Part shown: positions 37,600 to 47,312 of the stretch, piece after piece
How positions within the stretch are numbered: position 1 is the stretch's first letter
Layout of the letters: the number at the start of each line of letters is the position of its first letter
Source: a virus
Virus genome (UHGV): UHGV-0213688
Reading direction: 5' to 3' (one strand)
DNA length: 61,436 nt
Program-made: the position numbers and the translations under genes
The notes under the pieces: generated by a model
Databases searched by the model: none
What the model was told of the DNA's origin: nothing
Seen by the model: the letters and a program-made list of their open reading frames with translations, nothing else

Positions 37600-38010
37600 A
37601 TGTTCGACGCAGATAAAGCAGTACAAGCAACAGAAGCAGATGTAATTGAGTGGTATAAAACTAAAGCGGAATTGCAGAAGCTGCAAGCTCGTGAGCGAGC
37701 ACTCCGTGATAAGATTATTAAGTCCTATTTCCCAGCGCCGTCTGAGGGGACTAATAAAGTTGAAATTACTGGCGGGGTTATGAAAATGACCCACAAGATT
37801 GATCGTAAGATTGATCTTCCAAGCCTTAACGGAATCTTGGGCGATCTGATTAAAGTTGGTGTTAACGTTGATCAGCTTGTGGAAAATAAACCTGTATTGA
37901 AAGTTGCGGCTTGGCGTAAACTTACAGCGGAGCAAGCCGCAGTCTTCAACCAGTGCGTTGAATCTAAAGTTGGATCTGCGTCACTGGAAATTGTTCCAAA
38001 TAAAGCTTAA
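37600..38010 (+). CDS. hypothetical protein
   Basis: ORF 37540..38010; preferred ATG 37600 with GAGGA upstream. Confidence 0.5.
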   Translation: MFDADKAVQATEADVIEWYKTKAELQKLQARERALRDKIIKSYFPAPSEGTNKVEITGGVMKMTHKIDRKIDLPSLNGILGDLIKVGVNVDQLVENKPVLKVAAWRKLTAEQAAVFNQCVESKVGSASLEIVPNKA

Positions 38011-38051
38011 CCACATTAACGGGCGGTCAATCCGCCCAACAGGAAACTAAA

Positions 38052-38843
38052 ATGCGTAAAGAATTTCAGAAAGCTTATCATGCCCTGTTAAAAGGTGTTG
38101 TAACTGTCAAAGTTAAGTTTGAAGCAGGTGGTCGTCTTTATACCTACCGTGCCCTGGAAAGCGACGAATTACATCCGGGCGATACTGTTGTTATTCAATA
38201 TAACGGCAAGTTCTTTACTACGGAAGTAGTAGAAGTGGATCAGTATCCGGACTTCAGCAAGGATGTTGAATATAAATGGATTGTGTGCAAAGTGGACGAA
38301 GAACGCTATGCCCACTTCCTGGAACAGGAACACATGTTTGAACAACAGATGTTGGCTTTGTCCGCAAACAAAGAAGCAGAAGCAACCAAGAAAGAACTGA
38401 TCGAGTTGTACGGTGAAGAAAATGTCGGTTACTTAGCGGGCATTGCTCAGGGTAAAGTGACGGTCCCGACGTTCAATGACGTTATTGACACTCTGTTGCA
38501 AAATTTTGCAGATGGTGCAGATCTTAACGGTAGTGTTGTTGAGTTTAAAACAGCCCCTTATAATGGTGAAGCTGTGCAACGTCAGCATGATCTGTATGTT
38601 CAGGTGCTGGGACGCGGTTTACGCAAGATGGAAGGTCCGCGTCTAGACTGGGAAAGCCGTTACAATAAACACATTGCAAACATGCATACTCTGAACGGTT
38701 TCACCTGGCGTGACTTTATGGCACCGGGCGCAAATAAGGAGAATAAAGAGGACGTAAAAGCTGCTAAGATTTTGTTTGATCGTTTTAAGCGTAAGCAGTA
38801 TCCGATCGAGCAATATATCGAAGAGTTCAAAAACAAACTGTAA
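38052..38843 (+). CDS. hypothetical protein
   Basis: 263 aa; AGGA RBS; followed by terminator. Confidence 0.55.
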   Translation: MRKEFQKAYHALLKGVVTVKVKFEAGGRLYTYRALESDELHPGDTVVIQYNGKFFTTEVVEVDQYPDFSKDVEYKWIVCKVDEERYAHFLEQEHMFEQQMLALSANKEAEATKKELIELYGEENVGYLAGIAQGKVTVPTFNDVIDTLLQNFADGADLNGSVVEFKTAPYNGEAVQRQHDLYVQVLGRGLRKMEGPRLDWESRYNKHIANMHTLNGFTWRDFMAPGANKENKEDVKAAKILFDRFKRKQYPIEQYIEEFKNKL

Positions 38844-38849
38844 TAAACT

Positions 38850-38874
38850 AAAGGGGTCTTTAGACCCCTTTTTA
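38850..38874 (+). terminator. rho-independent terminator
   Basis: AAAGGGGTC-TTTA-GACCCCTTTTT. Confidence 0.7.
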
Positions 38875-38886
38875 ACAGGAGTTATT

Positions 38887-39510
38887 ATGCGAGTAACAAT
38901 TATTTCTGATGCAAGTTTTTGTCCAAATACAAAAGCCGCAGGCTATGGCGGATGGGTAGTTTGCAACCGCGGAAGTAATGCTAATGGCGGGCCATTACGC
39001 GGTGCTCCGGATAACAATGCAGCTGAAACAATGGCGATCTGCAATGTCATTTGGGAAGGATTGAAAGCTAATTTAATTCAATCGGGTGATCATTTAATTG
39101 TGCAAACAGATTGTTCAACAGCTATTAAAGTGTATAAAGAGGCAAGCTGGAAAAGCGAACAGGAAGGTACAGCTTTCAAATGGTTGAACGATCAACTTCG
39201 TAAATATAACCTTACTATTGAGTTTCGCCACGTTAAAGGTCATACAAGTAATCAGGACCAGCGTAGCAAAGCTCAAAGATTTTGTGATGAACGTGCGCGT
39301 TCTGCTATGCGATTGGAAAGAAGTAAGATCCGTTTGCAAGAATGCAAAGAGCTTATTTCCGAAGCAAAGAAAAAGGAAAATAGACCTAAAAAGGGTAGCG
39401 GACATTTACGCCGTAATACCCGTATGAAAGAGAAAGCTCAAAAAGCTGCAATACTTTTAGAACGTTGCGGTATACGCAGCAGTTCCCATCAACATGATTA
39501 TTATGAATGA
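38887..39510 (+). CDS. ribonuclease H
   Basis: ORF 38776..39510; preferred ATG 38887 after AGGAG; RNase H-like pattern ISDASFC...GYGGW...AE...TDC...VKGH...NxD. Confidence 0.65.
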   Translation: MRVTIISDASFCPNTKAAGYGGWVVCNRGSNANGGPLRGAPDNNAAETMAICNVIWEGLKANLIQSGDHLIVQTDCSTAIKVYKEASWKSEQEGTAFKWLNDQLRKYNLTIEFRHVKGHTSNQDQRSKAQRFCDERARSAMRLERSKIRLQECKELISEAKKKENRPKKGSGHLRRNTRMKEKAQKAAILLERCGIRSSSHQHDYYE

Positions 39511-39518
39511 GGTTAACA

Positions 39519-40433
39519 ATGGCATTTAAACCACATTTAGCGACTGACGCGGTTGAAGAAAAGATTAAGTTTCCATGCTGCATACTGCCTAAAATCGACG
39601 GTGTACGCGGTTTAAATCCGGATGGGCAAATAGTAGGGCGCAGCTTAAAGCTGTTTAAAAACCGCCATACAAGCGCAATTTTCAGCGGTCCTCAATACAT
39701 GGGCTATGACGGTGAGCTTGCAGCAGGAGTTGAAACGGACCCGGATCTGTGCCGTAAAACAACCAGTGCGGTAAACACAATTGAAGGTGAACCATTCCTG
39801 AAATGGCACATCTTTGATCTGTGCGCGGAAAGTGTTGCCGAGCTGGGCTATGAAGCACGCTACAACATGATGAAAGACTTTATAACCACACAGCACGCGA
39901 AAGGTGAACTGCTCGATCTGCAAGTTGTGCCAATGTATGTGGTTAAGTCTTTGCAAGAGCTGCTTTACTGGGAAAACATCTGGCTTGATATGGGTTATGA
40001 AGGTATTATTATCCGTGATCCAAACAAGCCTTACAAACATGGGCGCGGTACAGTTCGAGAAGGCGGATACCTTCGTATTAAACGCTTTATTCAGGAAGAT
40101 GCTATTGTCCTCGATATTATTGAGGGTGAAACTAATCTTAATGAAGCTACCGTTAACGAGCTGGGAAGGACTACACGATCTTCACATCAGGAAAATAAAG
40201 TTCCTAACGGTATGATTGGGACGCTTGTTTGTAAAGACGTTAAGACGGGTAATACAATCAACGTTAGTCCTGGTAAACTAACACAAGAGGATAAGATTTA
40301 TTATTGGAATAACCCTGACAAGATTAAAGGTTGGACTATTTCATATAAACACTTCCCTCATGGTGTTAAAGATAAACCGCGTTTTGCTAACTTTATGCAT
40401 TTCCGCGATGAAAGTGATCAGGCTTTAGATTAA
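39519..40433 (+). CDS. ATP-dependent DNA ligase
   Basis: nucleotidyltransferase motif I LPKIDGVRG (KxDG); size about 305 aa; preferred ATG 39519. Confidence 0.7.
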   Translation: MAFKPHLATDAVEEKIKFPCCILPKIDGVRGLNPDGQIVGRSLKLFKNRHTSAIFSGPQYMGYDGELAAGVETDPDLCRKTTSAVNTIEGEPFLKWHIFDLCAESVAELGYEARYNMMKDFITTQHAKGELLDLQVVPMYVVKSLQELLYWENIWLDMGYEGIIIRDPNKPYKHGRGTVREGGYLRIKRFIQEDAIVLDIIEGETNLNEATVNELGRTTRSSHQENKVPNGMIGTLVCKDVKTGNTINVSPGKLTQEDKIYYWNNPDKIKGWTISYKHFPHGVKDKPRFANFMHFRDESDQALD

Positions 40434-40498
40434 AAAGTAATTGAGGGTTCAAAGTATATTACGTTACAATGAGCACGAACTTAAAAGAGAGGCGTTAA

Positions 40499-41227
40499 AT
40501 GGCCATTGAAATTAAAATGTCTTCACAAGTAGTGCAAGACACAGGCGTTAAAATTCTGGTTTACGGTGAAGCGGGTATGGGTAAAACCAGCCTTGTAGCC
40601 ACGCTACCTAAACCAATTTTGATCAGCGCAGAGTCCGGTCTGTTATCTATTGCAGCGGAAAACCTTAATCGCGTTTATGGTAACATGGGATTGCCGATCG
40701 TTTATGATATCCCAGTTATCGAAGTTAAATGTCTGGAGGACGTTGAAGCTGCTTATCAGTGGTGCGTAACTCCAGCTAACCAGCAGTATTTCGATTCTAT
40801 TGCGCTTGACAGCTTGAGCGAAATTGCTGAACAATGTTTAAACAATGCGAAAAAAGGAACAAAAGATCCTCGTCAAGCTTATGGTACTTTGCTTGAAAAG
40901 ATGCAAGATCTGATCCGTAAATTTCGCGATATTCCTGGCAAACATGTTTATATGTCTGCTAAAATGGGCAAAGACAAAGATGAAGTCTCCGGTGTTACCG
41001 CGTATGCTCCATCTATGCCTGGGTCCAAATTGGGGCAAATGCTCCCTTATTTCTTCGACGAAGTATTTCGTCTGAATGTAAATAAGGATCAGCAAGGTAA
41101 CTCATATCGTTACTTGCAAACTCAACCGGACTTTAATACAATCGCTAAGGATCGTTCGGGACGTTTAGATGCGGTTGAAGTCCCACACTTAGGTTCTGTT
41201 ATCAACAAAATGAAAGGTATCAACTAA
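40499..41227 (+). CDS. RecA-like AAA ATPase (Sak4-like recombination protein)
   Basis: Walker A GEAGMGKTS near N-terminus, about 240 aa; followed by DUF669-like gene as in Sak4 modules. Confidence 0.55.
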   Translation: MAIEIKMSSQVVQDTGVKILVYGEAGMGKTSLVATLPKPILISAESGLLSIAAENLNRVYGNMGLPIVYDIPVIEVKCLEDVEAAYQWCVTPANQQYFDSIALDSLSEIAEQCLNNAKKGTKDPRQAYGTLLEKMQDLIRKFRDIPGKHVYMSAKMGKDKDEVSGVTAYAPSMPGSKLGQMLPYFFDEVFRLNVNKDQQGNSYRYLQTQPDFNTIAKDRSGRLDAVEVPHLGSVINKMKGIN

Positions 41228-42096
41228 TGACTATGCCAACTAATTTCCACTTTGACGCGAGCAGCTATCAAGCACCTTCTTACGGCGCATTGCCGAAAGG
41301 TTGGTATAAAGCAGTAATTGAAGCATCTGAATTTAAACCGACCAAAAATGGCGGTATAGCAATCCAGGTAACGTTTAGCATCATTGATGGTTTTGCTAAA
41401 GGTCGTAAAATCTTTGCTCGTTATAACGTTATCAACGACAACGAAGATACTGTGCGTATCGCTTACGAGCAACTGGGCGCTCTTTCCCACGCTGTAGGCG
41501 TAATTCGCTGGGATACCCCTGCTCAACTGCACAACATTCCGCTGAACCTGCGTCTGAAAGTTCGTTCTCAGGAAGGCTATGAAGACAGCAACGAGCCGAA
41601 CGGTTACGCTAACATCAACGATCCGGTTAAGTATGCAGAAAAAGAAGCAGGTGCTCCGGCAATGGGTGCTCAAGCAGCAGTAGCCAACCCGTTCGGTGCA
41701 GGTGCTCCAGCACAGCAGCCAGCATTCCCGGGCGCAGCACCGCAGCAGCCAGCAGCTAACCCGTTTGCTCAGCAACAGCAAGCTCCGGTACAGCAACAGC
41801 AGCAGCCAGTTCAGCAGCCTGTTCAGCAACCAGCACCGCAGCAGGGCGCAGCAGCTCAACCGTGGCAGAACGCAGCACCGCAGCCGTGGGATAATCCTGC
41901 TCAAAACGCAGCGCCGCAGCAGCCAGTTCAGCAAGCTCCGGTACAACAGCCAGTAGCACCGGAAGCAGCTCAGCAGCCGTGGGCGCAGCAGGTAGCACAG
42001 CCGGGTCAGGCAGCAGCACCACAGCAGCAAGCGCAGCCACAGCAGCAAGCTGAACCGCATCCGGCACAAGCAGCAGTCCCGCCGTGGCAGCAGTAA
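41227..42096 (+). CDS. DUF669-like protein with long Q/P/A-rich disordered C-terminal tail
   Basis: globular N-terminal ~140 aa then ~150 aa of QQP/PQQ repeats with recurring PW(Q/D/A) motifs. Confidence 0.5.
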   Translation: MTMPTNFHFDASSYQAPSYGALPKGWYKAVIEASEFKPTKNGGIAIQVTFSIIDGFAKGRKIFARYNVINDNEDTVRIAYEQLGALSHAVGVIRWDTPAQLHNIPLNLRLKVRSQEGYEDSNEPNGYANINDPVKYAEKEAGAPAMGAQAAVANPFGAGAPAQQPAFPGAAPQQPAANPFAQQQQAPVQQQQQPVQQPVQQPAPQQGAAAQPWQNAAPQPWDNPAQNAAPQQPVQQAPVQQPVAPEAAQQPWAQQVAQPGQAAAPQQQAQPQQQAEPHPAQAAVPPWQQ

Positions 42097-42122
42097 GTTA
42101 ACTCTCCCTCTGTAGTGTCCCT

Positions 42123-42150
42123 AAGCCGTCGAAAGACGGCTTATTTTTCT
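42123..42150 (+). terminator. rho-independent terminator
   Basis: AAGCCGTC-GAAA-GACGGCTT followed by ATTTTTCT. Confidence 0.65.
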
Positions 42151-42161
42151 AAGGTACTCCA

Positions 42162-43070
42162 ATGGCTATTTATATTGCAGAAAAAACACTTCAAGCAATC
42201 AATGACGGTGTGCAAAAAGATCAGGGCGGGACTTACCGTAAATATCTCGGCGTAGTTATTCCCACAATTGAAGACGCATATCGCCCCGAAAGCGGCAACC
42301 GCAGTCACTTAGGTGCTTCCCTTATTGGACAACAATGTGCTCGCAAGCTGTTCTACGGGTATCGCTGGGCTACTCGTAAAGAGTTCGATGGACGCCAGCT
42401 CCGCCTATTTAACCGCGGACATCTGGAAGAAGCGCGTTTCATTGCTATGCTTCTTGCGGCAGGTATGCAGGTCTACCAGCAGGATGAAAACGGACACCAG
42501 TTCCGTATCAGCGAAGCTGGCGGACACTTTGGCGGTTCCTGCGATGGTGTGGTTATAGGTTGTCCGGACGTTCAGCCTGGGATGCCCGTGCTTACTGAAA
42601 TGAAAACTCACAACGATAAGTCATTCAAGAAGCTGAAAGCTAAAGGTGTCAAAGAAGCTAAACCTGAGCACTATGTACAGATGAACGTGTACATGCGAAA
42701 GCTTGGACTTGGTGCAGCGTTATATCTTGCTGTAAACAAGAACGATGATGAAGTTTACGCAGAAATTATTCCATTTGATCCGGTTACTGCGGACATGTAT
42801 ATTGATCGTGGTGTGCAGATTGCTATTGCTACGGATATTCCTGACCGTGCTTTTAAAGACTCTACATTCTTCGAATGCAAATGGTGCGACCACTCCTCAT
42901 TGTGCTGGCGTAAAACTATGCCGGAAGTAAACTGTCGCACATGTCAATTTCTTGAGCCAAAAGATGATGGAACATGGTATTGCAATTTTCATTCCGTTGC
43001 AGTAGATACGCAGGGACAGAAAGTTGGTTGTCAAAACTATCAAGTAGCTAATTATTACGGGAAAGATTGA
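42162..43070 (+). CDS. PD-(D/E)xK exonuclease, Cas4-like with C-terminal Cys cluster
   Basis: GSCDGVV and LTEMKTH motifs; C-terminal CKWCDHSSLC...CRTC...C cluster. Confidence 0.55.
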   Translation: MAIYIAEKTLQAINDGVQKDQGGTYRKYLGVVIPTIEDAYRPESGNRSHLGASLIGQQCARKLFYGYRWATRKEFDGRQLRLFNRGHLEEARFIAMLLAAGMQVYQQDENGHQFRISEAGGHFGGSCDGVVIGCPDVQPGMPVLTEMKTHNDKSFKKLKAKGVKEAKPEHYVQMNVYMRKLGLGAALYLAVNKNDDEVYAEIIPFDPVTADMYIDRGVQIAIATDIPDRAFKDSTFFECKWCDHSSLCWRKTMPEVNCRTCQFLEPKDDGTWYCNFHSVAVDTQGQKVGCQNYQVANYYGKD

Positions 43071-43071
43071 T

Positions 43072-45048
43072 ATGCAACTCCGCGATTATCAACAGGAAGC
43101 AGTTTATAGCGTATTCCGCTATTTTGATGCTGAAAAGGGTAACGCGGGGAACCCTTTGATCCTGTTACCAACAGGGACAGGAAAATCGCTCGTTATCGCG
43201 GGGTTCCTCGATCTGCTTTATAAATGGTATCCAAACCAGCGCGTAATGATGTTAACTCACGTCAAAGAGTTAATTGCGCAAAACTATGATAAATTAATGA
43301 AAGTCTGGCCTGAAGCGCCAGCAGGTATTTACAGCGCAGGTTTGAAGCGTAAAGAAGTTTATAATCTTATCACATTTGCGGGGATTGCATCTGTTGCTAA
43401 GCATCCTAAAAAGTTCGGCAAGGTTGATCTAATCTTTGTGGATGAAGCGCACCTTATTAGTCCGCGTGATGCAACAATGTATAAGAAGTTCTTTGCAGCA
43501 TTGCGTGAAGTTAACCCGTATTTAAAAATTATCGGTCTTACCGCTACACCTTACCGACTGGGTTACGGCTCAATTGTTAAGGAAAACGAAGACGATGATG
43601 CTTTATTTGATAAAGTAACGTTTGATGCAACTACCCCTGAAGCCTTTAACTGGTTCCTGGAGCAAGGCTATTTGCTTCCGGTTGTGCCAAAGCGTACAAA
43701 GATGGAACTGGACCTCAATGGTGTAGGGAAACGCGGCGGTGAGTTTATTCAGAGTGAGCTGCAAAGTGCGGTGAACCGCGACGACGCAACACTCCGAGCA
43801 CTTGAGGAAGCCATTGAATGTGGTGAAGACCGTCAAAGTTGGCTTATATTTTGTTCTGGTATTGAACACGCTAAAGATGCGTGTGATATGCTAAACGATA
43901 TGGGTATTAGTTGCGGATGTATTCACTCAAAGCTTGATGCAAAAGAGCGTGACGAGATTATTGAAAAGTTCAAGCGTGGAGAGTTTCGAGCGCTGACAAA
44001 TAACAACGTCTTAACCACAGGTTTCGACCATCCAATGCTTGATCTGATTATCATGCTTCGCCCAACTGCCTCGGCGGTGCTATGGGTTCAGATGTTGGGT
44101 CGCGGTACGCGTCCGGTATATGCGGAGGGCTTTGATCTTTCCACGCAGGAAGGCCGCTTGCAAGCTATTGCAGCAAGCCCTAAGCAGAACTGCCTTGTAC
44201 TGGATTTCAGCGGTAATACGCGTCGTTTGGGCCCTATTAACGACCCTGTTAAACCCAAGCGCCCGGGCGAAAAAGGTGCTGGTACTGCTCCGGTTAAAGA
44301 ATGCGATGTGTGCGGGTCGTATAATCATGCATCTGCTCGCTATTGTGGTGGCTTTGCACCAATTCCTATGGACAGCGTTACACAGGAACAAGTTCAACAA
44401 TTATATTTGAAGGGATTCAGACTACGTGGAACGGATTATGTTAAAGAAGGATTTTGCGGTCATGAGTTTAAGTTCCAGACGAAACTTAAAAAGGCAGCAA
44501 GTACCGAAGCACTGATCAAACAGGACATTCCGGTAGTTGAAGACTTCAAAGTTACGCATGTGACTTATGCGAAGCACACTAAACGCAATGACAGCTCCAA
44601 ACCTCCAACAATGAAGGTGACTTATTATTGCGGTAGTAAAATATTCAGCGAATGGGTAGCTCTACTTCATGGTGACTGGGCGGGTCGTAAAGCGGTCGCA
44701 TGGTGGAAGAAAAGGACGCATCTTCCTTTACCACAAACTATTGAAGAAGCTCTTGATGTTGCTGCAATGCTTAAAACACCGAAATACATCAAAGTTCATA
44801 CCAATAAGAAATGGCCTGAGATATTGAACTACGATTATGATGGTACGTGTTTCGGTAAGTTTGAAGCTCCACAGGACGACGAAGCTATTCAAGTTAAAGT
44901 ATACGGGCAAGATGGAACAACCGAAGGTCCGAGCTATAACGATGATGTGAGCTGGGATGATATTGTTTCGCAGAATACGCAAGGTATAACAGTGAACAAT
45001 GTGGTTAATCCTGTACAAGTAGATGATCCAGATTACGTTCCGTTCTAA
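43072..45048 (+). CDS. superfamily 2 DNA helicase (DEAH-type)
   Basis: DYQQEAV (Q-motif-like), Walker A PTGTGKS, VDEAH box, helicase C-terminal region, Cys4 zinc ribbon CDVCGS...CGG. Confidence 0.75.
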   Translation: MQLRDYQQEAVYSVFRYFDAEKGNAGNPLILLPTGTGKSLVIAGFLDLLYKWYPNQRVMMLTHVKELIAQNYDKLMKVWPEAPAGIYSAGLKRKEVYNLITFAGIASVAKHPKKFGKVDLIFVDEAHLISPRDATMYKKFFAALREVNPYLKIIGLTATPYRLGYGSIVKENEDDDALFDKVTFDATTPEAFNWFLEQGYLLPVVPKRTKMELDLNGVGKRGGEFIQSELQSAVNRDDATLRALEEAIECGEDRQSWLIFCSGIEHAKDACDMLNDMGISCGCIHSKLDAKERDEIIEKFKRGEFRALTNNNVLTTGFDHPMLDLIIMLRPTASAVLWVQMLGRGTRPVYAEGFDLSTQEGRLQAIAASPKQNCLVLDFSGNTRRLGPINDPVKPKRPGEKGAGTAPVKECDVCGSYNHASARYCGGFAPIPMDSVTQEQVQQLYLKGFRLRGTDYVKEGFCGHEFKFQTKLKKAASTEALIKQDIPVVEDFKVTHVTYAKHTKRNDSSKPPTMKVTYYCGSKIFSEWVALLHGDWAGRKAVAWWKKRTHLPLPQTIEEALDVAAMLKTPKYIKVHTNKKWPEILNYDYDGTCFGKFEAPQDDEAIQVKVYGQDGTTEGPSYNDDVSWDDIVSQNTQGITVNNVVNPVQVDDPDYVPF

Positions 45049-45063
45049 TTGACTTCAACATCT

Positions 45064-45096
45064 AATGCCCCTACTATTGGGGCATTACTTATTTAT
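45064..45096 (+). terminator. probable rho-independent terminator
   Basis: AATGCCCC-tactatt-GGGGCATT then interrupted T-run ACTTATTTAT. Confidence 0.5.
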
Positions 45097-45107
45097 AGGG
45101 GATTGCA

Positions 45108-45602
45108 ATGTACGTCCTGATTGATACAGATAAATTTGAACTCTTGGCAAAGCATCCCAATTGGCTGACACTACACCAACTTGGAATTATTTGTTGCCCT
45201 GAGTCAACACTGGTGACACCAGTAGACGATTTACATGATCTTGAAGATGTTGATCTTCAAATGCTTTATATTAACTTGACAGAAAACTTAGGAGCTGCAC
45301 CTTATGAACGGGAAATCGTTGAGCGCATTTTGTTTGATTACTTTACGCAACTTCCAGAAACAATCCTGGATCACGCCCAAATCAGCGCACAAGCCGAATT
45401 CTGTGTGGAATACGATATCCAAGGCTTTTGCTCACCTCAAATTGGGCAATACGTTCCGTCAATGGATGAAGGACTTTGGAAACCTGCCCGTGCCAAATAC
45501 GATGCTGAACGGGAGGGTGGTATTATTTCCGGTGCCAGGGTCGTTTGTGAGCAACCCGCATTGCAAGCCGCATGGACACCGGGCAGAGGGGCAAAGAGTT
45601 AG
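45108..45602 (+). CDS. hypothetical protein
   Basis: 164 aa; AGGGG RBS. Confidence 0.5.
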   Translation: MYVLIDTDKFELLAKHPNWLTLHQLGIICCPESTLVTPVDDLHDLEDVDLQMLYINLTENLGAAPYEREIVERILFDYFTQLPETILDHAQISAQAEFCVEYDIQGFCSPQIGQYVPSMDEGLWKPARAKYDAEREGGIISGARVVCEQPALQAAWTPGRGAKS

Positions 45603-45623
45603 TAAGTTCTAAGCTTGATCAAA

Positions 45624-45641
45624 AATATTTTTAAAAATATT
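45624..45641. repeat. perfect 18-bp AT palindrome upstream of 45730 gene (candidate operator)
   Basis: AATATTTTTAAAAATATT is its own reverse complement. Confidence 0.5.
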
Positions 45642-45729
45642 CAGATAAGGGGTTGCGTGTCACAAAATCCTTTGGTACATTTAACCCCGTTGGTAACAAA
45701 CGAACCCATAACAATTCGGAGTGAAGAGA

Positions 45730-46533
45730 ATGAGCAACATTGAAGACAAAAAAGCTGCTGCCGCAGCCGCTGCTGCCGCCGCTGCAAAATCTGCTAAACC
45801 TGCAAAGAAAGAAGCTACTGTGAATGATGCAGAAGCTAAGAAAGCCGCAGCCGCTGAAGCTGCACGCGTAGCAAAAGAGAAAAAAGAAGCAGAGAAAAAA
45901 GCTGCCGCTGAAAAGAAACAAGCTGAAATCCGCACTGAAGCGGAAAACAAATTCAATGCGATTGCTAACGCTGCTGAAATCCTGAAAAACTCTTTGGCTA
46001 CCGTCACCGACGAAAGCACTGTTGAACAGATCACGGAAGCGGAAACTCAGGGATCTGCAAACCTGAAGACCATTAAAGAAGCTCTGAAAGAGCTGAAAGC
46101 TGTCGTTAAGAAGTCTAAAGGTGAAGACCTGTCCGGTGCTGTAACTTCTGCTCAGGGCCTGGTGGATGGTCTGGAAGCTACTATTAAAGGCTTCAAAGAC
46201 AAGATCCGTGCTGCAAAACAGGCAGAAAAAGAAGCGGAAAAAGCGCGCGCTAAAGAGCTTCGTGAGAAAGAAAAAGAAGCTAACCGTATGCCGGAACAGA
46301 ACGGTGTTCGTCGTCCACAACCGGAAACTTCCTGCGGTCGTGCCTGGGCTCTGATGGACCAGATTAGCGCTACGCTGGGTCAGCCTGCTCCGATCTCTTA
46401 TGTTCTGAACCTGGCTGGTCGCCATGGTCTGAACGAAGATACCATTAAAACTCAGTATGCACGCTGGAAGAAATTTAATGGTGTGACTGGTCGCGTACCT
46501 GTACCCGTACCGGAAGCCCTGAACGGCTTGTAA
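45730..46533 (+). CDS. Ala/Lys/Glu-rich protein with poly-Ala run and conserved C-terminal module
   Basis: GGAG 9 nt upstream of ATG 45730 (ORF track begins at GTG 45721); 11 consecutive Ala codons; C-terminal module shared with 29400..30014. Confidence 0.55.
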   Translation: MSNIEDKKAAAAAAAAAAAKSAKPAKKEATVNDAEAKKAAAAEAARVAKEKKEAEKKAAAEKKQAEIRTEAENKFNAIANAAEILKNSLATVTDESTVEQITEAETQGSANLKTIKEALKELKAVVKKSKGEDLSGAVTSAQGLVDGLEATIKGFKDKIRAAKQAEKEAEKARAKELREKEKEANRMPEQNGVRRPQPETSCGRAWALMDQISATLGQPAPISYVLNLAGRHGLNEDTIKTQYARWKKFNGVTGRVPVPVPEALNGL

Positions 46534-46558
46534 TATCAAAACATATCACGTTATAATG

Positions 46559-46587
46559 AAAGCGCCCAATGAGGCGCTTTCTTTTTC
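46559..46587 (+). terminator. rho-independent terminator
   Basis: AAAGCGCC-CAATGA-GGCGCTTT followed by CTTTTTC. Confidence 0.65.
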
Positions 46588-46602
46588 ACTAGAGGATTTA
46601 AG

Positions 46603-47310
46603 ATGAATATTAATCAACAAGCTCCCGAGTCTCGTTCTAAAGAAAACGATATGTATTTAGACGTGCATTCGGTATTCTCTACCATTCAGGGTGAAGGTCC
46701 ATTCTGCGGTCAACCTGCGGTATTTGTGCGCCTTGCTGGATGTAACCTGCAATGCCCGGGCTGCGACACGGATTATACTGTTGGTCGTTCTCTTTACCAC
46801 ATTGTTGATATCATGCGTTTAATCGAAAGCCGTAAGCTGGAATCTGGCAATAGCACCTCACTTGTGGTTATCACTGGGGGCGAACCATTCCGCCAGCAAA
46901 TTAACCCGTTTATTGAACAACTGTTATCACGCGGGTATCTTGTGCAGATTGAAACGAATGGGTCTATGCCTTTACCTAAGAACTTTTCCCAGCTACCTGT
47001 CATTGTATGCAGTCCTAAGACTTCAAAAATTCATCCTACTGTGCTGTACCGAGCAAACGCATTTAAATATGTGCTTAAAGCGTGCTGTGTAAACGTGGAA
47101 GACGGTTTACCGCTTCAGGCATTAGATCATCAAGCTACGCCATTTATCGCTAGACCTCCGAAGGGGTTCAAGGGTAAGATATATTTACAGCCAATGGACG
47201 AGCAGGATGAAGATCTTAACCACAGTAACATCCAAGCGGTTGTCCAAAGCTGTATGAAACACGGGTACACGTTGCAGCTTCAGGTTCACAAATATATCGG
47301 GGTGGAATAA
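46603..47310 (+). CDS. queE: 7-carboxy-7-deazaguanine synthase (radical SAM)
   Basis: VFSTIQGEGPFCGQPAVFVRLAGCNLQCPGCDTDYT matches the QueE N-terminal cluster-binding signature; AGAGGA RBS. Confidence 0.8.
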   Translation: MNINQQAPESRSKENDMYLDVHSVFSTIQGEGPFCGQPAVFVRLAGCNLQCPGCDTDYTVGRSLYHIVDIMRLIESRKLESGNSTSLVVITGGEPFRQQINPFIEQLLSRGYLVQIETNGSMPLPKNFSQLPVIVCSPKTSKIHPTVLYRANAFKYVLKACCVNVEDGLPLQALDHQATPFIARPPKGFKGKIYLQPMDEQDEDLNHSNIQAVVQSCMKHGYTLQLQVHKYIGVE

Positions 47311-47312
47311 CT

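Noticed and set aside
41224-42069. Antisense 281-aa ORF (Leu/Cys/Arg-rich)
   Set aside because: Mirror image of the CAG/CCG-rich repeats in the DUF669-like gene; the sense gene has a coherent globular domain and RBS.
45631-46539. Antisense 302-aa ORF (Phe/Ser-rich)
   Set aside because: Produced by the GCN/AAR repeat composition of the Ala/Lys-rich sense gene, which has a proper RBS and the conserved C-terminal module.
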